Numbered from the stretch's first letter, positions 27,870 through 37,417 are shown. The stretch: 64,000 bases of DNA from Candidatus Woesearchaeota archaeon (GCA_019323015.1 JAHWHY010000008.1:225-64224), one strand, 5' to 3'. Notes: generated from the sequence alone by a model not told the origin. Translations and numbers: made by a program.

Positions 27870-28736
27870 ATGAAAAAACAAGTACTGATCTATACTATAA
27901 TAACAATATTGCTGGCTGTTTTTGCATCAGCAGCTTGCTATGATTCTGATGACGGCCCTCAGAATCTTGACACGCCTGCAAGATATTTGGGCATGGATGG
28001 TTTTGTGACAGTTGGAAACACTACGTATTATGATTCTTGTGTCAACAGACAGGGCGGTAATGAAGTTAATGACAGCAACTGGATCAGGGAATATTATTGC
28101 GATGATAACGGTGATGTTGCGTATGAGGATTATTTCTGTCCGTCTTATTATTATGTGGAGTGCCTGACGTTTCACAAGGCAGCTGCTTGTGATGATTATT
28201 CAGGCCCTTCTGATTACAATGAAACTAATGCCAGCTCTTCAGCAAATACCACTAATGCAACAAACACAACAGCAAATAATCAAACAAACACCACAACAAC
28301 ACCAGTTAATTGCGGAGATAACAAAGTAGAATTTGGCGAGGAATGCGATCCCCCTGGGAAAAATTGCTACACAAAAGCTGCAACAAAAGGCGTGTGTGAT
28401 TTTAATTGCGCCTGTGATCCTGCCCTGACCCCTGAATTGTTTAAGAGCTTGAACAGGACACTGAATCAAGAAAAAGATACTGAAGTCACTTCTTCAGTTA
28501 ATTTTGAAATAGAAAACATCACTCAAGAGACTGTTGTTGAAGAAGTAAAGGAAGTTAAAAACACAACACCTGCAATAACAGGAGGCATAACTATTGATCC
28601 TATTAATGATTTGATTAAAGAGGCAAAACAGCCTGGCGAGGATTTCAGCGATAGTTTTGGAATCAAGATAACTTCTGCCATAACAAAGGCTGTAATGGGT
28701 GTATGGAACATTCTTATGAATTTAATTGGAGGTTGA
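27870..28736 (+). CDS. secreted Cys-rich, Asn/Thr-rich protein
   Basis: The signal-like N-terminus is MKKQVLIYTIITILLAVFASAAC. A poly-N/T linker follows, then a CGDNKVEFGEECDPPGKNC cysteine-rich repeat. Confidence 0.65.
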   Translation: MKKQVLIYTIITILLAVFASAACYDSDDGPQNLDTPARYLGMDGFVTVGNTTYYDSCVNRQGGNEVNDSNWIREYYCDDNGDVAYEDYFCPSYYYVECLTFHKAAACDDYSGPSDYNETNASSSANTTNATNTTANNQTNTTTTPVNCGDNKVEFGEECDPPGKNCYTKAATKGVCDFNCACDPALTPELFKSLNRTLNQEKDTEVTSSVNFEIENITQETVVEEVKEVKNTTPAITGGITIDPINDLIKEAKQPGEDFSDSFGIKITSAITKAVMGVWNILMNLIGG

Positions 28737-28738
28737 AA

Positions 28739-29674
28739 ATGAAGAAATTGTTGCTTTTATTGCTGTTTTTGGTTGTTCTTAGTGCAGCTGCCAGTGCGCA
28801 GGTTCTTGTCTCTGTTGAAGAGAAGACTGTGTGCGGTGATGGAATCAGGGAAGGTCATGAGATGTGTGAGCCTGACACTGATCAGGATTTATGTGAGGCT
28901 GCTGGAAAAGTTATTGGTATTGCAATGGTTTGTGATGAGCGTGACTGCACCTGTCTTCCTAAGAGGATGGATTGCGGCAATGAAATAAGGGAGGGTGCTG
29001 AGTTTTGTGATCCTGGCGAAAAAGAAGACAAGGAAGAAAATGATTTTTGCCCTGCTTTAGGAAACTTATTCAATGAAACTTTTACTTGTGATCCAGATAC
29101 CTGCTTGTGTAAGCCTGAGACCATCTTTGGTGCAGAGCCTCCTGCTATTTGCGGTGATGGCAACATAACTAGGGATGAAGAATGTGAAAAAGACGAAGAC
29201 TGCAGGGCGGATTATGAATGCAAGAACTGTTCATGCGTTAGAAAAGAGTGGATTAATGAATCTGTTATTACAGAAGTAAAGAAAAATCTCACAAAAAAGC
29301 AAGAGCCAGAAAAAAAGCCTAAAGAAGAAGTGAAAAAGACAGACTACCATGATTTTGTTGGCGTGATTCTTCCTGATTATTTGCAGAAGGATTTCCAGAA
29401 AGCAAGGGTTAATGTCTATATTGAGTTAGAGAATGGCTCTACACAGGTTGTTGGCGTGACTACACTGCATAATGTTGTCCAGGAGATTGAGGACGAAAAA
29501 TTAAGCAGTGTTAATTATGATGTTTTTGTTAAAAAAAAGAAAGCAAATGCTATACTCAATGCAGATGACCAGGGTGCTGCTTTAAAGAAAGCATTTGATG
29601 ATGGCAGCGTTACTTACAAGCCCAAAGGCCTGTTCTCAAGGTTCTGGGCTTGGTTAGTGGGTCTGTTCTCATGA
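28739..29674 (+). CDS. secreted protein with three CG(D/N)x(I/V)xxxxExC(D/E) cysteine-rich repeats
   Basis: The signal peptide is MKKLLLLLLFLVVLSAAASAQ. The repeats are CGDGIREGHEMCEPD, CGNEIREGAEFCDPG and CGDGNITRDEECEKD. ATG 28739 has GGAGGT upstream. Confidence 0.7.
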   Translation: MKKLLLLLLFLVVLSAAASAQVLVSVEEKTVCGDGIREGHEMCEPDTDQDLCEAAGKVIGIAMVCDERDCTCLPKRMDCGNEIREGAEFCDPGEKEDKEENDFCPALGNLFNETFTCDPDTCLCKPETIFGAEPPAICGDGNITRDEECEKDEDCRADYECKNCSCVRKEWINESVITEVKKNLTKKQEPEKKPKEEVKKTDYHDFVGVILPDYLQKDFQKARVNVYIELENGSTQVVGVTTLHNVVQEIEDEKLSSVNYDVFVKKKKANAILNADDQGAALKKAFDDGSVTYKPKGLFSRFWAWLVGLFS

Positions 29675-30123
29675 AAAAGCAAACAGTTTCAAAAGAGGTG
29701 CCTTTGGCAGAGATAACCTTAAGAAAGTATGAAAAGCCGTATAATCTTAAGGAAAGGGATTTGATTAAGAAGCTCTGCCTCAGTATTGGCCTGCTTCAGC
29801 CAGGTGACTCCAGGGATGTTGTTGTTGATGTCTTTCATGTTTTGCTGAAAAACGACAATTTAACCAGTGCAGAGGTTGAGGAAAAGGTTATTGCTGCTAG
29901 AAAGACACAGAAGCTTCCGCCTGTTGGCATTGCGTCATCTAATATCAGGAGGCACTTGAAGAGATTAAAAAATCTTTTCTTGATTGAGAACAAGGGCAGC
30001 TCTTACAGGATTACTGAAAATGCTAAATTGTCTGAGATTTTCACAGAAAAGATAGAACAATATTATCTGAAAACAATCTCAGAAAGAGTCAAGGAATATT
30101 TTGAGGCTCTGGATAAGGAGTGA
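29671..30123 (+). CDS. putative winged-helix DNA-binding protein
   Basis: A 150-aa ORF with ATGA overlap to the upstream stop. ITLRKYEKP...LIKKLCLSIGLLQPGDSRDVVVDVFHVLL and IRRHLKRLKNLFLIENKGSSYRIT look like an HTH/wing. The assignment is tentative. Confidence 0.4.
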   Translation: MKKQTVSKEVPLAEITLRKYEKPYNLKERDLIKKLCLSIGLLQPGDSRDVVVDVFHVLLKNDNLTSAEVEEKVIAARKTQKLPPVGIASSNIRRHLKRLKNLFLIENKGSSYRITENAKLSEIFTEKIEQYYLKTISERVKEYFEALDKE

Positions 30124-30131
30124 ATGAAGAT

Positions 30132-31547
30132 ATGGTATATGCAAAACAGATAGAATCTCATGGCATTGTAGGCAATGTTGAAGTGCCAAGCGAGGCTTAT
30201 CTTGCTAAAAATGGAGAGTTATTTTATACAAAAAGTGGAGTACATATACCAAAAAATAATTTGACTATAGAAGATATGCTTAGCAGACATAGAATTGCAA
30301 CAAGAATGCATTCTGCAGAGGGTGAAACAGTTAGGCATCTTGCAACGAGAGCAGTTGAAGGATTAAACATCATGCCAGAGGTTCTTATTGTTGCTCATAA
30401 CGAATGGCCAGCTCCACTCCCTGCTATTGCAGGCATTGCACAATACCTTTGTGGATATGGTGATGCCCCATTTTGTGACATGATTACTAATGATAATTTA
30501 CCAGGCACTGTAATTGCAGAAGCTCTTGTTAATTCTGGCAAATACAAGCGTGTTGTTTATGCAAGTTCTACAGAAGTCTCTAAGATGAGGACTGAAGAAT
30601 TATTTAATGTTGATAAATTTGAAAATGCAGCAAAATTGTTTCAAAAGGGGCAAAAACCAATTGACGTTAAAAACATAGACCCGAAATCAATTGATTATGT
30701 CCTTGTTGATCACAAAGATTTTTTTGAGTCTAGGTCTGATTGGGTCAAGGAAGATCTTAAATTAATAGGTGTCCAGACCTTGGATGTTATTGCCTGCTGT
30801 CCTGGTTATATACTGGCTGTTGAGATTGCTGACGCCTTGATTAAAACAAGAACATTTGAGACTATTACCTGTGTTGGTGCTGAAACCATGGAAAAGATGG
30901 CAGACCCGCGTCATTTAGATCACAGCTTGTATGGGTCTGGTGCTGGTGCCACGACTTATCAAGCAAGCAGTGAGCCAGGGATTATTTGTTTTCACATAAA
31001 GGGTTTTGGAAATTTATGGGGGTACCTGAAGTGGGGTCCTGGAGTTCCGCTTGCAGATAATACTCCTACTGGCCCGTATATGATTATGGAAGGTCCGCAT
31101 TTATATCGTTTTGTTTTGAGAACATTGCCTAAACTTTTGAACGAGCTTATTGAAAAATCAAATAATACTCCTGATTCAAATCTTAATCCAATTGACCTGG
31201 AATCAAGCATTCTTTTGCTTCATCAGATGAATGGCAAGTTAATAGAGCATATTATTTGTGACATTCTTGGAATAGATATCACTGTAAAGCAGCTTAGTGA
31301 GATGTTTATTCCAGAACGTGTACAGGAAGTTATTGATCAGCAGGTTCCTCTTTCTGTTCACAAGTACGGCAACTCTTCCTCTGCATCTATCCCCGTTCTG
31401 GAGGATCATGCAAGAAGAGGTCTTATTCGCAGTAGGTTCTCTGAGAAATCATTTGAAGATAAGCTTAAGATTGGTTCTGGTACTATTGTTTTTAAAGAGG
31501 CTGCTGGCGCAGGTTTTATTATAGGAGGTTACAAAGAACGATTGTAA
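30132..31547 (+). CDS. FabH-like (KAS III / thiolase-fold) condensing enzyme with extra inserted sequence
   Basis: Candidate Cys-His-Asn triad contexts are DVIACCPGYILAVEIA, LLLHQMNGKLIE and HKYGNSSSASIPVL (compare FabH AC.G, HQAN, GNTSAAS). ATG 30132 has AAGGAG 11 nt upstream; GTG 30120 is an alternative start. Confidence 0.65.
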   Translation: MVYAKQIESHGIVGNVEVPSEAYLAKNGELFYTKSGVHIPKNNLTIEDMLSRHRIATRMHSAEGETVRHLATRAVEGLNIMPEVLIVAHNEWPAPLPAIAGIAQYLCGYGDAPFCDMITNDNLPGTVIAEALVNSGKYKRVVYASSTEVSKMRTEELFNVDKFENAAKLFQKGQKPIDVKNIDPKSIDYVLVDHKDFFESRSDWVKEDLKLIGVQTLDVIACCPGYILAVEIADALIKTRTFETITCVGAETMEKMADPRHLDHSLYGSGAGATTYQASSEPGIICFHIKGFGNLWGYLKWGPGVPLADNTPTGPYMIMEGPHLYRFVLRTLPKLLNELIEKSNNTPDSNLNPIDLESSILLLHQMNGKLIEHIICDILGIDITVKQLSEMFIPERVQEVIDQQVPLSVHKYGNSSSASIPVLEDHARRGLIRSRFSEKSFEDKLKIGSGTIVFKEAAGAGFIIGGYKERL

Positions 31548-31551
31548 AAAG

Positions 31552-32703
31552 ATGGTGATTTATTATCCGCGGGAGGATTCATACCTCCTTGAAAAGCATG
31601 TGAAGCGTCTTGCTATAGGCAGTGTTCTTGATATGGGTACTGGCACAGGTATTCAGGCTCTTGCTGCTGCTAATAGCAAGAGGGTCAGGAAGGTTCTTGC
31701 TGTTGATATTGATAAAGGTTCAATAGAATACTGTAAGAAGAATTCAAGGCACAAGAAAATCAAGTATAAGTTAAGTGATTTGTTCAGCAAGATTCCTAAG
31801 CAGAGGTTTGATACGATTATCTTTAATCCGCCTTATCTTCCGCAGGAGCAGTCAAGAAGGAATATTTCCATTGAAGGCGGAAAAAAAGGCTATGAAGTTA
31901 TCCAGAAGTTTATTGACAAAACAAGTGCTTATCTTAAATCAAACGGCAATATTTTGTTGTTGTTTTCTTCCTTGACCAACCGGAAGATGGTTGAGGAGTT
32001 TCTTCATAATAAGATGTTGGATTTTAAGATGATTGATTCTATTCATTATTTTTTTGAGGAATTGTATGTTTATAACATAATAAAGTCTCCTTTGTTAAGG
32101 GTTTTAGAGAAAAAAGGCGTCAAGGATATTGATTATCTTGCAAAAGGCAAGCGCGGAGTTGTTTATACTGGAAAATACAGGAAAAAGAAGATTGCGATTA
32201 AGACAAAGCGAAAGGAAAGCGAGGCTGTTGGCAGGATTAAGAATGAAATTAAGTATCTTAAGATTTTGAACAAGCACAGGATTGGCCCTAAGCTGGTCAT
32301 GCACAATAAGAACTGGCTTGCTTATGAGTTTGTTCCTGGAGAATTCATAAGAGACTGGATTCCCAAGGCTAAAAAAAAGGATTTAAAGCGTGTTTTTAAG
32401 AATGTTTTTAACAAGTGCTTTAAGATGGACCAGTTGGGAATCAATAAAGAAGAGATGCATCACCCTGTAAAGCATGTCATTATCGGAAAATCAGTAAAAC
32501 TAATTGATTTTGAGCGCGCCAGAAAGACTAAAGACCCTAAGAATGTCTCTCAGTTCTGCCAGTTTGTCATGTCTTTAAAGCCTGTTCTTGAAAAGAAAGG
32601 TTTTAAGATAAATAAGAATGAAATTATTTCTTCTGCTAAAGAATACAAACAGGATTTTAAAACCCAAAGATTTAAAAAGGTCTTAAAAACAATAGGACTA
32701 TAA
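31552..32703 (+). CDS. fusion protein: HemK/Mtq2-like NPPY methyltransferase + atypical Bud32/RIO-like kinase domain
   Basis: The N-terminal half has YYPREDSYLL, VLDMGTGTGIQA, LAVDID and IIFNPPYLP. The C-terminal half has LAKGKRGVVYTG..IAIKTKR (Gly loop and VAIK-like Lys), EIKYLKILN and VKLIDFERA (DFG-like). Confidence 0.6.
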   Translation: MVIYYPREDSYLLEKHVKRLAIGSVLDMGTGTGIQALAAANSKRVRKVLAVDIDKGSIEYCKKNSRHKKIKYKLSDLFSKIPKQRFDTIIFNPPYLPQEQSRRNISIEGGKKGYEVIQKFIDKTSAYLKSNGNILLLFSSLTNRKMVEEFLHNKMLDFKMIDSIHYFFEELYVYNIIKSPLLRVLEKKGVKDIDYLAKGKRGVVYTGKYRKKKIAIKTKRKESEAVGRIKNEIKYLKILNKHRIGPKLVMHNKNWLAYEFVPGEFIRDWIPKAKKKDLKRVFKNVFNKCFKMDQLGINKEEMHHPVKHVIIGKSVKLIDFERARKTKDPKNVSQFCQFVMSLKPVLEKKGFKINKNEIISSAKEYKQDFKTQRFKKVLKTIGL

Positions 32704-33827
32704 TGGGTGAAGAGCATATTAATAAGTGGTTAGCTAGTATTCCTATCTATGGCCAGTTCTATCTAGCTGAAAAATTAAGGAAAGCTATTGTTGAAAATCA
32801 TAGGCTGGAGGTTCGCAGGCTTAAGCTTGCAAAGGGAACTGCTGAGATTGAACAGCAAAGAGATTCTCTTGAACAGGCGCTTAAGAGAACTCAGCCTAAG
32901 CTGGATGCACTTGAACAGCTCAAGATCCGTATCGAAGCGCAGAAAAGGGACATTGAAGCTACTAAAAAAGAGCGCGGTACTCTTCAGGAAAGACTAAGAG
33001 AAGCAAATGATATTGCAAGCAAAAATGCAAATGCAGTTCTTGTAGCTAATGAGAAAAAAGAGCGCTGGAAACAGTGGGCCCATACCCTAAAAGAAGTAAT
33101 CAAAGATAGCGATGCCAAGGCAGATGATGCTATTCATATTGTTATGCCTGAGATTATTAATATTCTTGGCCTGCGTGTTTTGTTTTTTGATAAAGATGAA
33201 AAAATTAGTTTTGCCACTCCTGCTGCTGCAGAAAGATTAAGAATATCTATTTCTGATATTACAAATAAGCAGTTTACAAAAATTTTTGATTGCCCAAGTA
33301 TTAATTGGCTCTTGACAATAGGGCCAGAGTATCCATTGCTTGTTGCAGAGACTGGCGAGGAAGTTGGTGCTGCAATTGCAGAGGTTCCCTATGATGACAG
33401 CAATAAATATAAATATGCTATTGCATTGAGAGAACCTGCCGCAAAGCAGGGGTTAGTGCGCAGATTTGTGCCCAACAGAATTCCTGCACCGCAAAATCTG
33501 GTTTTTAGTTATAGAAAAGATATTGCCAGTGCTCTGGCAGCATCTTCTGCCAAAGCAAAATTTAGCAGCGACATATATATTGATTTAAGGAAAACAACAA
33601 GTATAGATCATAAGTTTGGTGAGTGGCTTGCAAGTATTATTAAAGAACGTAATCAGCCAGATAATAGGGGCACTGTTTATCTATGCATGCCTTCTGAAAG
33701 AGTGTATCGACAGTTGAGATCACTGCAAATCCCGGATAAAAACATAAAACTTCCAAGAAAAACTGGGTCAATGCGTTCTATTAAATATACTCAGCCTGCT
33801 GCAATCGCTCTTGTGCGCGGAACATGA
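32703..33827 (+). CDS. coiled-coil protein of unknown function
   Basis: A 374-aa ORF. The N-terminal ~130 aa are heptad-like and charged, and the C-terminal globular part is unassigned. Confidence 0.55.
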   Translation: MGEEHINKWLASIPIYGQFYLAEKLRKAIVENHRLEVRRLKLAKGTAEIEQQRDSLEQALKRTQPKLDALEQLKIRIEAQKRDIEATKKERGTLQERLREANDIASKNANAVLVANEKKERWKQWAHTLKEVIKDSDAKADDAIHIVMPEIINILGLRVLFFDKDEKISFATPAAAERLRISISDITNKQFTKIFDCPSINWLLTIGPEYPLLVAETGEEVGAAIAEVPYDDSNKYKYAIALREPAAKQGLVRRFVPNRIPAPQNLVFSYRKDIASALAASSAKAKFSSDIYIDLRKTTSIDHKFGEWLASIIKERNQPDNRGTVYLCMPSERVYRQLRSLQIPDKNIKLPRKTGSMRSIKYTQPAAIALVRGT

Positions 33828-34135
33828 TAACTGCATTCCAGAAAAAAGTTTATTCTCTTTGCAAAAAAGTCCCTAAAGGCAAAATTACGACCTATAAAGA
33901 AATTGGCAGAACCATAGGCAAAAAAGGGCAGGTTTATCGCGCCGTGGGGGCCGCGCTTAATAAAAACCCTTTTGCTCCTGTTGTGCCTTGTCACAGGGTT
34001 GTTAAATCAGATGGTTCTGTCGGCGGTTTTGCCTCAGGAACAAGGAAAAAGATAAATTTATTAAGAAAAGAAGGTATTATCATTAAAAACAATAAGATTG
34101 TTGACTTCAAAAAGAGGTTTTACAGGTTTAAATGA
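33824..34135 (+). CDS. ogt: MGMT-family protein (O6-alkylguanine-DNA alkyltransferase, DNA-binding/active-site domain only)
   Basis: KVPKGKITTYKEIGR...RAVGAALNKNPFAPVVPCHRVV contains the PCHR active-site motif and the preceding HTH. Confidence 0.85.
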   Translation: MITAFQKKVYSLCKKVPKGKITTYKEIGRTIGKKGQVYRAVGAALNKNPFAPVVPCHRVVKSDGSVGGFASGTRKKINLLRKEGIIIKNNKIVDFKKRFYRFK

Positions 34136-35268
34136 TAAACATAATTTTGCTGGGCATTGTCAGTTTCTTGACAGATGTCAGTTCTGAGATGATTATGCCT
34201 ATTCTTCCTTTGTTTATCAAGCAGTTAGGCGGGGCAGGCATTGCAGTTGGCTTGATAACAGGTGTTGCCGGCAGTGTTGCTTCTTTATTAAAAGTTTTTT
34301 CTGGTTATTTTTCTGATATTTACGGCAAAAGAAAGCAGATGGTTTTTGCAGGTTATTTTGTTTCTGCATTGGCAAAGTTGTTTTTTCCTTTGTCTACTGC
34401 ATGGCAGCATATTCTGCTGCTTAGGCCTATAGAAAGAATTGGAAAAGGCATAAGGGTTGCTCCAAGAGACGCTATGGTTTCGTTTTATACAAAAAAGAAG
34501 ACGCGGGGAAAGGGTTTTGGCATCCTGCGTGCAATGGATACTGCTGGTGCTGTGCTTGGTTCATTGCTGGCATTGCTGTTGTTCTGGTATCTTGGTTTTA
34601 GTTTTAAGTCAATATTCTTTATTGCTGCATTGGTTGCGTTTTTGGCATTGATTCCTATCTTTTTTGTTAAAGAGCCTAAGGTCAAGCCTGCAAGATTCAG
34701 CTTAAAGGTTGGCTTTTCACAACTGTCTGTTCCTTTGCGGTGGCTGATTGCAGCTGCAACTGTTTTTGCTTTGGGTAATTTCAGTTATATGTTTTTTATT
34801 CTTAAGACGCAGGAGGCTTTTACAGCTAAGTTTGCTTTTGTTATTCCTATTTTATTGTATGTCTTGTTTAATGTTTTTTATGCCTCTTTTGCGATTCCTG
34901 TCGGCATGCTTTCAGACAAGATTGGAAGAAAAAAGATTTTACTTGCAGGTTATTTCTTGTTTGCAGTGACTTGCTTTGGCTTTACTTACTCTGATTCACT
35001 TGCATATTTCATTGTTTTGTTCGCATTATACGGCTTGACTTATGCTCTTGTTGATGCCACGCAGAGAGCTTATGTTTCTGATTTAGCTCCAAGAAATATA
35101 AGGGGAACTGCTCTGGGAACATTCCACACAGCAATTGGCATAATAACTCTTCCTGCTGGCTTGATTGCAGGTTATCTGTGGGACTTAAGCACAATTTATA
35201 CTTTTTATTTTGGTGCTGCAACAGCAGTTATTGCAGTTGTTTTGTTGTTCTTTGTCAAGTCTAAATAA
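34132..35268 (+). CDS. MFS transporter
   Basis: There are about 11-12 hydrophobic helices. The N-terminus ...FLTDVSSEMIMPILPLFIKQLG and the loop motifs GYFSDIYGKRKQ / GMLSDKIGRKK are MFS-typical. Confidence 0.8.
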   Translation: MINIILLGIVSFLTDVSSEMIMPILPLFIKQLGGAGIAVGLITGVAGSVASLLKVFSGYFSDIYGKRKQMVFAGYFVSALAKLFFPLSTAWQHILLLRPIERIGKGIRVAPRDAMVSFYTKKKTRGKGFGILRAMDTAGAVLGSLLALLLFWYLGFSFKSIFFIAALVAFLALIPIFFVKEPKVKPARFSLKVGFSQLSVPLRWLIAAATVFALGNFSYMFFILKTQEAFTAKFAFVIPILLYVLFNVFYASFAIPVGMLSDKIGRKKILLAGYFLFAVTCFGFTYSDSLAYFIVLFALYGLTYALVDATQRAYVSDLAPRNIRGTALGTFHTAIGIITLPAGLIAGYLWDLSTIYTFYFGAATAVIAVVLLFFVKSK

Positions 35269-35289
35269 AATCCTTCAATATCCAGAAAT

Positions 35290-36252
35290 CTAATCTTCAA
35301 AATCCTTTAATAACTCTTCTAAATCCCCTTCATCATCAGGGTATTTTCCGTATCTTAATCTTTCTGCTTGCTTTTCTGGCAGGCCAGCAAGTTTCATTTT
35401 TTGTATTGTTTTTTCAAAATCATATGGCAGCCTTCGCCATATTATCTTGTCATCTTCAACTATCACATAGCTTGCTCTGTTGTCCCTGTCTCTTGGCTGT
35501 CCTACTGAACCGCAAAAAACTAAACATATCTTGTCTGGTTCTTTTTCAAATGTAAATGTTTCTGGTTCTTTGGGTGTTTTGTCAAGCAGAGGCCTGTGTG
35601 CCAGCATTATTTCCGGGACATAATCAAGGTTTTCTTCTGCATAGTCTCCTATGCATCCTGCAACATGCAGATGGCCTGTAAAACAAGTTTGCACTCCTTT
35701 TTTGCGCATTACGTCAAATATTGAATTTATTTTTGCTTCATCATAAATCTGCAGGGACATCTGCCTTAGCCCGCCCTCTGTGTATTCAACTCTGCTGCGC
35801 CCCACATAATCATCTTTTGATATTATGTAATCATTTATTTTTGCTATATCTATTATTTTAGGGCTTACTATTTTTGGAAGATCTGGTGCAGGATTACCGT
35901 GAACAAAAAGGCGTGTTCCTTCCTGAAGCTCTGCTGGAAGGCTTATTAAGAATTTTTTTTGGCTTTTCCAGAGCTTTTTGTTTGCATGTTCAATTCCTTG
36001 CTTTGGCCCGTTATGCATAAGGAGTGATTTTCCTTCAAAGACTCTCTGCAGTGCTAATTCGTGGTTTCCTTTTGTTATTCTGCCTTGGCAGTGTTTTCTG
36101 ACATCTTGTGTGCAAGCATACGGGTCAGGCCCATAGCCTATTATATCCCCTATACAATAAACTTCTGTTATGCCTTTTTCTTGTATATCAGCTAGAACTA
36201 CTTGTGTTGCTTCCCTGTTTGCGTGCGTGTCGGATATGACGGCATATACCAT
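35290..36252 (-). CDS. calcineurin-like metallophosphoesterase
   Basis: VISDTHAN, CIGDIIGYGPDP and KGNHE are metallophosphoesterase motifs I-III. Confidence 0.8.
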   Translation of the reverse strand: MVYAVISDTHANREATQVVLADIQEKGITEVYCIGDIIGYGPDPYACTQDVRKHCQGRITKGNHELALQRVFEGKSLLMHNGPKQGIEHANKKLWKSQKKFLISLPAELQEGTRLFVHGNPAPDLPKIVSPKIIDIAKINDYIISKDDYVGRSRVEYTEGGLRQMSLQIYDEAKINSIFDVMRKKGVQTCFTGHLHVAGCIGDYAEENLDYVPEIMLAHRPLLDKTPKEPETFTFEKEPDKICLVFCGSVGQPRDRDNRASYVIVEDDKIIWRRLPYDFEKTIQKMKLAGLPEKQAERLRYGKYPDDEGDLEELLKDFED

Positions 36253-36297
36253 ATGTTTAACCAGCCCACACCTCTTTAATTAGAAATAAAAAAATAA

Positions 36298-37233
36298 TTA
36301 TCTTTTTCTTTTCTTTGTTTTCTTGATTTCCTTGTCTAGCTTGAGCTTGTCCAAGAGTTCCTTGTACCGGTTTCTTATTGTTACTTCTGTCACTCCTGCA
36401 ACATCTGCTACTTCTCTCTGTGTTCTTTTTTCTCCGTGTATCAGTGCGGATACATATAGTGATGCTGCTGCTATTCCTGTTGGCCCTCTTCCGCTTGTTA
36501 GTTCTGCTTGCTGTGCTTTCTCTAAGATTTCTACTGCTTTGCTCTGCGATTCTGCTGTTAGCTTTAATGAACTTGCGAATCTTGCGATGTAGTCTGCTGG
36601 ATTGCTTGGCAAAATTGTTATTCCTAATTCTCTTGTCACGAACCTGTATGTTCTTCCTATCTCTTTTTTCTCTATTCCACTTGCTTCTGACAGTTCATCT
36701 AGTGTTCTTGGAACCTCGTGTCTTCTGCATGCCGCGTATAATGCTCCTGAGACAACTGATTCCATTGATCGTCCTCTCACTAATCCTCTCTGTACTGCCT
36801 GCGTGTAGATCATTGCAGCCTCTTCTTCTACCATTTTTGGTAATTTCAAATAAGAAGACACTCTTTTTAATTCTGCTAATGCCAGTTTTAGGTTTCTTTC
36901 GATTGCTGTGGAAATCCTGTATTGCCATTTTCTTAATCTGAAGAATTTGTTTCTGTCCTTGCTTCCTAAGTTGAATAAGTCTGCTTTCCTGCCGACCTCT
37001 GTTCCCAGTCCTTGGTCAAACTGGGTGTATGTCATTGGCGCTCCTGTCCGTCTTCCTGACTGCTGTCCGCCGCTGTCTGACTCAAACTCCCTCCATTCTT
37101 TTCCAAATTCTACCATCTTATCTTCTATGACAAGACCGCAGTCTTTACAGATGATCTCTCCTTTGTCGCGATTTACAAATAGGTTTATGCCCCCGCATTC
37201 AGGGCAGTTTTTTATGTAATACATTTGGCACAT
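36298..37233 (-). CDS. tfb: transcription initiation factor IIB (TFB)
   Basis: The N-terminal Zn ribbon is CPECGG...ICKDCGLVI. Two cyclin-like repeats follow (...RNLKLALAELKRVSSYLKLP..., ...ADYIARFASSLKL...). The length is 311 aa. Confidence 0.93.
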   Translation of the reverse strand: MCQMYYIKNCPECGGINLFVNRDKGEIICKDCGLVIEDKMVEFGKEWREFESDSGGQQSGRRTGAPMTYTQFDQGLGTEVGRKADLFNLGSKDRNKFFRLRKWQYRISTAIERNLKLALAELKRVSSYLKLPKMVEEEAAMIYTQAVQRGLVRGRSMESVVSGALYAACRRHEVPRTLDELSEASGIEKKEIGRTYRFVTRELGITILPSNPADYIARFASSLKLTAESQSKAVEILEKAQQAELTSGRGPTGIAAASLYVSALIHGEKRTQREVADVAGVTEVTIRNRYKELLDKLKLDKEIKKTKKRKR

Positions 37234-37417
37234 CCCCCTAATCTAACTAATACTGTGAGATATTCAAACCCCCACATTCATATCATAAACTATATACCTT
37301 ACCACAATTAAGTTTATATACAAAAGGGGAAGGTTATATTTAAATGTTTGCCTTTTTCCAGAAGGTTTTTAAGTCTTTTGTAACCACTTGGTGTTATTTT
37401 AGCTATGGAAAAGAAGT

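Noticed and set aside
36323-37219. Plus-strand ORFs overlapping tfb (36378-36941 and others)
   Set aside because: They are antisense to an unmistakable TFB gene, and their translations are L/S/F-rich nonsense typical of shadow frames.
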